Positions 1 to 7,612 of a DNA stretch of 64,000 nt are shown here, piece after piece. Each line of letters opens with the position of its first letter. Within the stretch, counting starts at the first letter, position 1. Source of the DNA: a virus; the IMG/VR virus record IMGVR_UViG_3300009702_000016, positions 64,001-128,000 of that record. One strand, written 5' to 3'. The notes beneath the pieces were generated by a model. That model did not search any database and was not told the DNA's origin. It worked only from the letters and a program-made list of their open reading frames with translations. The translations under genes and the position numbers were made by a program.

Positions 1-189
1 TCCTTGCTGAGTCGCGACATGAAGTCACGACAGGTTAAGAGCGAGCTGATGTCTATGGAACTATCTAGTGAGGATCTCTCCTACGTTATCGATAAAACCA
101 CGGGAATCGTACAGAGGTACGCTAAGGAGCAACTGGCAAGTTCGTCCCTAGGTGCCGATGGCGGCGGATATGTGGAGAACATTTCGTAG
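1..189 (+). CDS. C-terminal fragment of a hypothetical protein (runs off the left edge)
   Basis: Open frame from the edge to TAG at 187-189, followed by a strong hairpin. Confidence 0.6.
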   Translation, partial: SLLSRDMKSRQVKSELMSMELSSEDLSYVIDKTTGIVQRYAKEQLASSSLGADGGGYVENIS

Positions 190-217
190 AGTGCCATCCG
201 CCTCTTAGCTTGAATTA

Positions 218-257
218 GGGCAGCCCGAAATGATGGTGATATCATTTCGGGCTGTTC
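218..257 (+). terminator. Strong stem-loop, probable terminator or RNA-processing hairpin
   Basis: Perfect 14-bp inverted repeat CAGCCCGAAATGAT (221-234) / ATCATTTCGGGCTG (241-254) with a 6-nt loop. Intergenic, with only a short U-tract. Confidence 0.6.
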
Positions 258-275
258 GACTAAACGGAGAACGCT

Positions 276-1172
276 ATGTCTGGTCCTGGTCCTAGATCCG
301 CTGCGGAGTCGCTGTCTGCGCCTACCCCTTCTGCCACAGCTGACGACCCTTCCTTTGACCCGGAAGCTGCTTCTCCGGGGGCTGAGGCTGCTGCTGTTCT
401 TGGGGGCAGCTTCAGCGCCATCCGATCTATTGTTCAGAACGAGGATCGTCTTATTCAGGAGCTTCAGCTTCGTTCACACTCCGCTCCCAGCGCTGGTGGA
501 AAACACACCGAAGATAGCCGTGGGCCTTATCGAAAAGGTACACCTATGGTCATCACTACCGAGGCGTTTGCTTCTCAGGGAAGGTATATCGTATTTTGGT
601 CTGGTCCCTCTAACACCTCGTGGAAGTTTGAGCTTCGTGCTGCCACTGAGCAGACCAAGTCGGGAACGATTCTTCATTACTGGAGAGACAGGTCTAGGGC
701 AGCATTTTTTGATGAGCCCTCTGTTACCTTTACCTTCCAGACTGGAAACATTATGCCCGTTAGGTTTCGTGACGTGGCAAACAAGTCGGAGTCCATTTTT
801 CTTCCACCTGGTTTGCTGGACTACTATGATTTTTTTGACCTACTTAACCAGCCCAAGATCCTCCCTGATGGAAGGCCAAACTTCGTTTTTATAGCGTACC
901 ACAGCCTTCTTTACCCGGAGATCCTACTTCGAGGGTTCTTCACTCCTTCTGGCCTTTCCATAACGGAGTCTGCAGAAAATCCGGCTGGTTTGTCGTGGTC
1001 ATCCACTTTTAAGGTTCGTTCAACGGAGCCTCCCTTCTGGAGTAGTGCTCAGTTGATAAGTTCTTGGAACTCCGCCTCGGGGGCCACTTCTTCCTCAGTT
1101 CAGGAAGCACAGGCTGTTGCTGACACCTCCGTTGCTGGGGGTCCGGTAACGGGTCAGGGACCTCAAGGATAG
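276..1172 (+). CDS. Putative virion protein, possibly baseplate/tail-tube-initiator-like
   Basis: 298 aa with a GGAG RBS. The beta-rich core ending LRGFF..LSITESAENP..LSWSSTFKV resembles tube-like baseplate proteins of large phages (pattern recognition only). Confidence 0.45.
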   Translation: MSGPGPRSAAESLSAPTPSATADDPSFDPEAASPGAEAAAVLGGSFSAIRSIVQNEDRLIQELQLRSHSAPSAGGKHTEDSRGPYRKGTPMVITTEAFASQGRYIVFWSGPSNTSWKFELRAATEQTKSGTILHYWRDRSRAAFFDEPSVTFTFQTGNIMPVRFRDVANKSESIFLPPGLLDYYDFFDLLNQPKILPDGRPNFVFIAYHSLLYPEILLRGFFTPSGLSITESAENPAGLSWSSTFKVRSTEPPFWSSAQLISSWNSASGATSSSVQEAQAVADTSVAGGPVTGQGPQG

Positions 1173-1188
1173 TCTGTAAAGGAATGTC

Positions 1189-1506
1189 ATGGAAGCAAAA
1201 AGTACAAAAGTCCCCCTAGTATACACCGTAGTAGAGGACTCTAAAGACCACCCAGACGCTGTCAACGTGTCTTACGTTGTCTCGGACATTGTCATTATGA
1301 CTGCTGAGATCCAGCGTGACATTGTGTGCGATCCTGATGGTTCACCTAATCTGATGACCTTGACGCAGTTGATGGTTACTCCTCACGAGCATCTTGTGTG
1401 TCTTGATGAGGTTCTGACTCTCGCTGCCTCAGGTTCCTTGTCAGGGGAACGCTGGGATGCTTTGTTGGCTAGGATATCAGCACTTCTAAGTCCCCCTACT
1501 GCCTAG
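1189..1506 (+). CDS. Hypothetical protein
   Basis: 105-aa ORF with AAGGA RBS; tiles the operon. Confidence 0.7.
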   Translation: MEAKSTKVPLVYTVVEDSKDHPDAVNVSYVVSDIVIMTAEIQRDIVCDPDGSPNLMTLTQLMVTPHEHLVCLDEVLTLAASGSLSGERWDALLARISALLSPPTA

Positions 1507-1509
1507 CCT

Positions 1510-2502
1510 ATGCGAAGTTTTGGGTCGTCATCTTATCAGGGACGCAGCCGTTATCCTCATCCAGTGGAGGCGGAGTCCTATATTATGGCCGAGCTAGCTC
1601 GTGGAGGCGTGGACTACAGGCAGAAACCTCATGATCTCAAGATAAACTGTCCCGTTCCTCATCCAAAAGGAGCAGATACTGGTTTTCATCTGGAGATACG
1701 TAAGGATGGAACGAGAGCGCACTGTTGGGTGTGCGATTGGTCTGGGTCATGGAATAAGTTGGCTCCCCTGCTTGGGCTATCCCCCTTTGGTACTCCATCA
1801 TACGAGGGAACATACACAAAGAACGTTGCATCTTCCAACGTTTTTGGTTCCCTATCTGAACAGCTCGGCTCTGTGTTTTCCGTATCCGATGGAAAAGGGG
1901 AGCTTCCTCACGAGATAGTCCCTTGGGACCGTGGAGAGTGGCGAGGGTTGTCCTCCTCCTTCTTATCTAGTGTATCATCCTACTACTGGAAGCATAGAAC
2001 AAAGGGTAGGCCTGGTTTTGTTCCGCGCATACTTTGGCCTTATACACAGCTGGGTAATCTGGTTGGGTACGTGGGTCGTAGGTTGGACAAGATTGATGAT
2101 GTAAAGTACTATCGTGCACCCTGGTGCCATGCGAGTAAGGCCTTTTTTCCTTTCGACTACGCTTCCTCTCTTGTAGGGAAGTCTAGCGACTATGTGGTTT
2201 TAGTGGAGGGAGAGGTTGACGCCTTGAACCTATGTCAGGAAGGAATACCTTCTTTATCAATTCTTGGGTCCACTAACTGGAGCACACAGAAGAGAGACTT
2301 ACTTCTTCACCTTGGTATTTCCTCTGTCTTTATTATGATGGATCCCGATGATGCCGGAAAGAAGGCCAAGAGGGTTCTCAAGAGATCACTTTCTCCTTTC
2401 TTTTCTTCTGTTCTCAGCATAAAGCTAGAAGAGGGAACAGATCCTGGAGACCTGTCTAAGGAACAACTAGAATGTCTTCGTCAAGACGTATTTCAGCTTT
2501 AG
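1510..2502 (+). CDS. DNA primase (Zn-binding domain + TOPRIM)
   Basis: CPVPH...HCWVC zinc motif, GYVGRRL, TOPRIM motifs LVEGEVDAL and MDPDDAG, C-terminal TDPGD. Confidence 0.92.
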   Translation: MRSFGSSSYQGRSRYPHPVEAESYIMAELARGGVDYRQKPHDLKINCPVPHPKGADTGFHLEIRKDGTRAHCWVCDWSGSWNKLAPLLGLSPFGTPSYEGTYTKNVASSNVFGSLSEQLGSVFSVSDGKGELPHEIVPWDRGEWRGLSSSFLSSVSSYYWKHRTKGRPGFVPRILWPYTQLGNLVGYVGRRLDKIDDVKYYRAPWCHASKAFFPFDYASSLVGKSSDYVVLVEGEVDALNLCQEGIPSLSILGSTNWSTQKRDLLLHLGISSVFIMMDPDDAGKKAKRVLKRSLSPFFSSVLSIKLEEGTDPGDLSKEQLECLRQDVFQL

Positions 2503-3284
2503 AAATAAGGGATCAGGTTAAGGCTGACCTTGTTCAAGCGTTCAAGGGAGAGATCTTATCAGACTACAAGTTTGAGTTTCGAGCAAGTAGTCTTCCCTTC
2601 TGTTCTAGGGCCTTTGTTCTTCACCATCGCTATAAGGATGAGACACCCTCAAAGCCTTTTGGGTATAACTTTGGTTTCTACGTAACCATAGGAACCGCCG
2701 TGCATGAGGTTCTTCAGACCTTTCTTGGTATGGCGGGTATGCTCTACGGGGACTGGGTGTGCTGTGGTGTCACCGAGTACGCTAGGATTGGCTCTAAAAC
2801 ATGCCCCGTATGTGGGAAGCCTCAGAAATACGAGGAGATAGCCCCTTCTTCAGTTTTAGGAATGCATGTTGATGGGATAAGCGTAAAGTACAACGCTGTT
2901 CTTGAGTACAAGACCACTGGGGCTTCTAACCTAGATTCCCTTAAGGCTCCGTACCCTAAGCATCTTGTTCAGGCTTCTTGTTACGTTCATGCTCTTAATG
3001 AGGAGAATGGGTGGGACCTGGATAAGATAGTTTTCATCTATCTGAGCCGGGACAAGCCCAGTGACTACAAGATATTTGTTGCTACTCCTGATCCAAACGT
3101 ATACGACGATTCAGTTAAGCAGTTGCACGCTGCTGAGGAGTCTCTTAGAAAAGGAGTTTTGCCCGAAAGAGAGTGTGCATCCTCGTCAGCCGGGGCATGG
3201 CGTAATTGTCCCTATACAGGGATATGCTTCAAGTCTCCCGAGGACTTTCTACTTCCAGTGGAGTCTTTATGCTTACCCCGCTAG
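2472..3284 (+). CDS. Cas4-like / RecB-family PD-(D/E)XK exonuclease
   Basis: RASSLPFC, GTAVHE, HVDG...EYKT, QASCY and C-terminal C..CPYTGIC (Fe-S-type Cys arrangement), plus an extra CC...CPVC insert. Confidence 0.85.
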   Translation: MSSSRRISALEIRDQVKADLVQAFKGEILSDYKFEFRASSLPFCSRAFVLHHRYKDETPSKPFGYNFGFYVTIGTAVHEVLQTFLGMAGMLYGDWVCCGVTEYARIGSKTCPVCGKPQKYEEIAPSSVLGMHVDGISVKYNAVLEYKTTGASNLDSLKAPYPKHLVQASCYVHALNEENGWDLDKIVFIYLSRDKPSDYKIFVATPDPNVYDDSVKQLHAAEESLRKGVLPERECASSSAGAWRNCPYTGICFKSPEDFLLPVESLCLPR

Positions 3285-3712
3285 ACTTAGTTTCTGAGAT
3301 GCAGTCCCTTCTGTCTTCGGCAGATGGTGATTTTTCATCATCTTTGGCCATACTAGACAAGCTAAAAGAGTCCCTAGAGGTACTAGGGTACAAGCGAACC
3401 GCACCGACTTCGGATTACACTTCGTCCAGGTCAGTTGCTTTGAACTCCATTGCCAAGTCTTTGCTCTCAGAGGTGTCATCCTCTAAGTCGTCTACCTATT
3501 CTGATAAGGCATACGTATTATCCTCTGTGGGTGACATGTATCTTCGTATTGCTCACGCATTTAAGGTCGACACCACGCTGTGGTCGTCTGCTCAGTCTTT
3601 TCTTGTTCCTTTGTTTTATGCGGCAATAGATGAGGAGTCAGTCGATAAAGCCCTGGTTGCCTTGGAGTCTCACATCGTGAAGTACATTGATGCCTTAGCG
3701 GTTTGGCTTTAA
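3269..3712 (+). CDS. Hypothetical protein
   Basis: ORF 3206..3712; ATG at 3269 follows GGAG and overlaps the end of the nuclease gene. Confidence 0.65.
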   Translation: MLTPLDLVSEMQSLLSSADGDFSSSLAILDKLKESLEVLGYKRTAPTSDYTSSRSVALNSIAKSLLSEVSSSKSSTYSDKAYVLSSVGDMYLRIAHAFKVDTTLWSSAQSFLVPLFYAAIDEESVDKALVALESHIVKYIDALAVWL

Positions 3713-3744
3713 GCATTTATTCTGACGTGCTTATTTTTATCATC

Positions 3745-4123
3745 ATGTACTCAATAAAACTAGACAACTACCGAACTGCTGCTGTAAAGTTTAGGGAGAA
3801 TCCATCCGTTAACTTTGCCGGTCTCTTAGATTGCTACCTAGCCCTAACTGAACCTCTTCCACATGTCAGTCCAGAAGAAAAAGAAGAAGAGTTATATTGC
3901 TACAGGTGCAGCTGCGCGGAGACTTCTTCAATGGGTGAGGGAGAGCGAGAACGTTCCTGAGGGTGACGAAGTTTTTTACGTTGCTCAGTGCTTGGCGTTT
4001 CTGATTCATGATACGTCCGCTGGCTCTCTTTCTAAAGCTTTGACCTTATCTAGAAATAGGTTTGCGATACGAAAGCTTAAGGCGGCCATCTCCCTGCTGA
4101 CTTCTGTTTTCATGCGGAGTTAG
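3745..4123 (+). CDS. Hypothetical protein, apparently split over two frames (3745..3960 and 3863..4123)
   Basis: Two overlapping ORFs that join if one A of the A5 run at 3878-3882 is skipped. Confidence 0.45.
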
Positions 4124-4125
4124 AG

Positions 4126-4605
4126 ATGTTGTCCCTAAGTCAGCTAGTGTCCAGAACACAGAAGGAGCGATCAAGGTTTGACACCCCTTATCGTGTGGAG
4201 AACCTTGAACTAGAGAAGGACGAGGATTACATCGGGCCTTTCATAAGAGCAACTTCCGTTGTTTCAGGTGGTAGCAAGCCCAGAGTGGCCACGATTCAGT
4301 TCTATTCTCCCTCCCTCTCTTTGTCCTCTAGTGTGAAGGTACACTGTACCTGCATGTACTTCCAAACCCTGTTGTCTCTTTCCCTCTCAAACTCTGACGC
4401 AGCTATAGTCCCCACCTCCAAGAGGGGAATGTCAGACGCTACGCTGTCTAAACAGAAGTCTGGTCTGTGCCCTCACCTGCTCTATGTGTCCTCTGCTTCC
4501 ATTCTTAACTCTACGGAGAGAAGAAGCGCGAAGAAGGGAAAACTAGACGCTAAAACAGAGAGTTTTTCTGATAACGTAAGCTCGAAGTTAAAAGGGTTGA
4601 CTTGA
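4126..4605 (+). CDS. SWIM-type zinc finger protein
   Basis: VKVHCTCMYF...GLCPHL matches CxC-xn-CxH. Confidence 0.72.
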   Translation: MLSLSQLVSRTQKERSRFDTPYRVENLELEKDEDYIGPFIRATSVVSGGSKPRVATIQFYSPSLSLSSSVKVHCTCMYFQTLLSLSLSNSDAAIVPTSKRGMSDATLSKQKSGLCPHLLYVSSASILNSTERRSAKKGKLDAKTESFSDNVSSKLKGLT

Positions 4606-4606
4606 C

Positions 4607-5830
4607 GTGCTAACGGCTAGGGAAATGATAGAGGAGGTAAACTCCAGCAGTACCCTTACTCAGGAGGAGCTGTTCTCGTTGTTTAGCCGTGCTAGCTTTC
4701 TCATTAATGACTGTGTTCGCCTGCTTGCGGAAGAGAACGACTACATTCAGCTTTGTGTGTTAGGCCTAGGCGCAGAAGTGGCCTCCAATATGGACAGGAA
4801 TAAGGCCATCTACCGTCGTCCTATCGCCTTTGTGGACTCTGTGGCTTCTGACGTCTCTGCTGACACAGAAGGGAGGTCAGACGACTTCCTGTGCTCCTGT
4901 ATGGACTTGCAGTCTATGCTTACCTCTTCTAGGGTAGAGGATCAGATTGATTTGTTGTTGTCTCTTCCTTTGACAAGGATGGTGTACGAGAACTTCATAA
5001 AGGAGTGGAGTAGGATTGTCTCTGGATATATAGAGGAGTGTTTAGCGAGTGCAGAGAGCATCATCAACAACGATGTTAGCTGTTCCTACTCTTCGGACAC
5101 AGTTTGTCTATCTATAGAGAACGGGGCTAGTTTGAATCCGAGGACAGGGTTCGGAATTGCTCGTTATGTTGCCAATAGGTTGCGTGCCCTGAGCAAGATA
5201 TATGACAGGATATTTAATGCATATGCCCGTGTCATATTGAAACAGGCAAAGACGCAGTCTGTCTCCGAAGACCATTCCCTAGATTGCTTCCAGAATGGGT
5301 CTATGGGCCTTTTACGGGCAATATCTTCATACGATAACGTATCAAACGCAAGATTCGCTGGCCATGCGAGATGGTGGATACGTCAATCGATGCTTTACAG
5401 CATAAAGGAGGACTCGAACATCATACGAGTCTCCTCAAATACTTGGCAGCACTACGCTAAGATCGAGTCTCTTCGTCTTAAGCATGAGTCGAAGCATGGC
5501 CCTGCTTCAATCTCTGACCTTTCTGCCTCCTCTGGGTATTCAACAAGTCACATAGACAACATATATAGCATGGTTCGGACGTCACAGGTGAAGTCACTGG
5601 ACCATCCTCTAAGAGATGACGGGTCCTCTACTTTGATGTCCATTATTGAATCAGATGCTGCAAAGAGGTCTAATACAGAGCCAGTCTCAGCAGACTCTGT
5701 AAAGTTCCTTTTGAATCAGCTCTCAACTGATTCTAGGAATCTGGTGTGCTTGTTCTATGGGCTAACTGAGTACGTAGTTCAAGACATACCAGAGGACGTA
5801 GTAGCCTTAGAAAGACTAAGACAGCAATAG
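4607..5830 (+). CDS. Phage-encoded sigma70-family RNA polymerase sigma factor (region 4 truncated)
   Basis: Region 2 DCFQNGSMGLLRAISSYD...RFAGHARWWIRQSM...IIRV; region 3 SLDHPL; region 4.1-like LNQLSTDSRNLVCLFYGL; ends at ERLRQQ. Confidence 0.88.
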   Translation: MLTAREMIEEVNSSSTLTQEELFSLFSRASFLINDCVRLLAEENDYIQLCVLGLGAEVASNMDRNKAIYRRPIAFVDSVASDVSADTEGRSDDFLCSCMDLQSMLTSSRVEDQIDLLLSLPLTRMVYENFIKEWSRIVSGYIEECLASAESIINNDVSCSYSSDTVCLSIENGASLNPRTGFGIARYVANRLRALSKIYDRIFNAYARVILKQAKTQSVSEDHSLDCFQNGSMGLLRAISSYDNVSNARFAGHARWWIRQSMLYSIKEDSNIIRVSSNTWQHYAKIESLRLKHESKHGPASISDLSASSGYSTSHIDNIYSMVRTSQVKSLDHPLRDDGSSTLMSIIESDAAKRSNTEPVSADSVKFLLNQLSTDSRNLVCLFYGLTEYVVQDIPEDVVALERLRQQ

Positions 5831-5852
5831 CCTGTCATTTCATCATAACCCC

Positions 5853-5880
5853 AGTACAAAGTACAAAGTAACAAGTAGGT
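5853..5880 (+). repeat. Four 7-nt AGTA-N3 units running into the SSB ribosome-binding site
   Basis: AGTACAA AGTACAA AGTAACA AGTAGGT, then ATACC ATG (5886). Confidence 0.75.
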
Positions 5881-5885
5881 ATACC

Positions 5886-6869
5886 ATGGCACTGAAAGAA
5901 TTTGGAGACGCAACACCCCGTACACGGGATAAGAACTGGAAAGAAGACATTCCGATGGCAGAGATGCCCAAGTTAGACACTTGGTACATCTTCCGAATCG
6001 TAGGAGGAGTGTTTACTTACGCGCAGCATTGGATCAAGTTCACGAATAAGGCGGGAGAGAATAAGACCTATCCTACCGAGTGCTCCAACTGGAATCGTGA
6101 CACCGAGGACACCAGTAAGAAGGGTGGATGCCCTGCTTGCGAGGCTGGAATCAAAGCAAGTGTGAAGTACATGATCAATGTCATTTCACGAACGGCACAA
6201 GAGCGAGGTGACGATGATCCTATTCGTGCCCTTGAGATTCCCCCTACGGTCATGCGACAGATTATGGATCTCAAGAATCTCAATAAGCATAAGGGCGAGA
6301 CGTACCACGTTACTCACCCTCGCTATGGGATGGATGTTTTCCTTGAGAAGCAGAGGTCACAGAAGAAGGGAGGAACGGAGTGGCAGGTACAAAGAGGCGA
6401 GAAGACAGGACTTACTTCTGAGGAGAAGGAACTTGAGCTTATCGACTTTGAGGAGTTCTGGTTGGAGCCTGACATTGTTAAGTGCAGAGCAGATCTGACT
6501 CGACACGGGTACTTTGAGAACGAGCCTGCAAACAAGGGGCGTTCCGCTTCCTCAACTGTTGATGACGATGACGAGGATGACATTGATTTCTCCTCTCGTA
6601 AGTCCAGGAAGAACAAGAGAAAGCGCACTCAGGAGGATGAGTTTGACGTCGAGGACGACGACGAGGAAGCCCCAGAGCCGCGACGAAGGAAGAAGAAGAA
6701 GCGTCCTGCTCCTCCCCCTGAGGATGACGACGAGTTCGATGATGATGATGATGATGATGAAGACCCTCCTCCTCGTAAGAAGAGGAGGAAGAAGCGTCCT
6801 GCCCCTCCTGTCGATGACGATGACGATGACGAGGACGATGAGTTTGACGATGACGAGTTCGACATCTAG
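5886..6869 (+). CDS. Single-stranded DNA-binding protein, T4 gp32-like, with a long acidic/basic tail
   Basis: FRIVG..YAQHWI...C...GCPACE...YMINVI...HPRYGMDV fits the gp32-type core. Acidic C-terminus ends DDDEFDI; located next to RecA. Confidence 0.8.
   Translation: MALKEFGDATPRTRDKNWKEDIPMAEMPKLDTWYIFRIVGGVFTYAQHWIKFTNKAGENKTYPTECSNWNRDTEDTSKKGGCPACEAGIKASVKYMINVISRTAQERGDDDPIRALEIPPTVMRQIMDLKNLNKHKGETYHVTHPRYGMDVFLEKQRSQKKGGTEWQVQRGEKTGLTSEEKELELIDFEEFWLEPDIVKCRADLTRHGYFENEPANKGRSASSTVDDDDEDDIDFSSRKSRKNKRKRTQEDEFDVEDDDEEAPEPRRRKKKKRPAPPPEDDDEFDDDDDDDEDPPPRKKRRKKRPAPPVDDDDDDEDDEFDDDEFDI
6738..6758 (+). repeat. (GAT)7 microsatellite encoding poly-Asp in the SSB tail
   Basis: Read directly from the sequence. 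Confidence 0.85.
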
Positions 6870-6874
6870 GTAAA

Positions 6875-6927
6875 GCGACGAAGCAGGCCAGGGGTGGTTA
6901 TTCCGGCCCTGGCCTGTCGCCTTTATT
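6875..6927 (+). terminator. Probable rho-independent terminator after SSB
   Basis: CAGGCCAGGG (6884-6893) / CCCTGGCCTG (6907-6916), outer GCGAC/GTCGC pairing, then CTTTATT. Confidence 0.7.
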
Positions 6928-7254
6928 ATGGAAATACTGACTCACGACCGTTTTTCATCTTTTTCTTCGTCTCACTCTAAGATCGTACTCCTATTGTACG
7001 TTAGAGATAGCGACTTGTCTTCTGCGGCTCTCCGTTCTCTTTCCTCCATGTCCCCTTTTCTACGGGCGGAGGGATTCGAGCCTGTGGCGGTAGACGTGAC
7101 AAACCTTGGGGTTCCTATCTCAGAGGAGTTGTCTTGCGTTCGTGTGCCGCAAGTACGGGTGGTTCTCTCAGGAAATCTAGTTTCCTCATTCCTTGGCTTC
7201 CCAGATTCGGTATCTGCGATGTCCTCTTTTCTAGAAAACTCCCATCATGATTAA
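6928..7254 (+). CDS. Thioredoxin-fold protein lacking CxxC
   Basis: 108 aa. IVLLLY...VAVDV...VRVPQVRVV.SG..V..F.G follows the thioredoxin pattern including the cis-Pro; the active-site Cys pair is absent. Confidence 0.55.
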   Translation: MEILTHDRFSSFSSSHSKIVLLLYVRDSDLSSAALRSLSSMSPFLRAEGFEPVAVDVTNLGVPISEELSCVRVPQVRVVLSGNLVSSFLGFPDSVSAMSSFLENSHHD

Positions 7255-7597
7255 CAGGTATGTAGGACTAGTTTTGTCCTGGCTTGAAAAGGCTAAGCCA
7301 AAGAGACTTGTCAAGTTCTCGGATCGCTGGGTGGATTCTGACCTCCCCTTCCCTAGGTCTGCTAATACCTTCTTCGCTAACATCAACAAGTCTGAGATTC
7401 AGTTGTTGTTCGGCATCTCGAACTTTGTGACAGAGGATGTCAAGGCATTGTCTATCTTTTCCATAAGTCCGCAGAAGTTGGTAGAGCTTAGGGATTTTTT
7501 GAACACTGTAATCGCCTCCTATAACGAGAGGTTTGGTTCTACCTCCGACGACTCTCCACCTTCCTCTCCCTCTACTCCATCTACTCTCGTTCACTAA
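7247..7597 (+). CDS. Hypothetical protein
   Basis: 116-aa ORF overlapping the upstream gene. Confidence 0.65.
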   Translation: MINRYVGLVLSWLEKAKPKRLVKFSDRWVDSDLPFPRSANTFFANINKSEIQLLFGISNFVTEDVKALSIFSISPQKLVELRDFLNTVIASYNERFGSTSDDSPPSSPSTPSTLVH

Positions 7598-7612
7598 CGA
7601 TTTGGTGACTTC

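Noticed and set aside
218-257. tRNA or IS terminal repeat
   Set aside because: A single stem with no cloverleaf, no transposase and no partner repeat.
2472-3284. CRISPR-Cas locus implied by the Cas4-like gene
   Set aside because: No repeat-spacer array and no other cas genes are visible.
6323-6873. Poly-Ser and poly-Met/Thr ORFs over the SSB tail
   Set aside because: Alternative-frame readings of GAT/GAC repeats.
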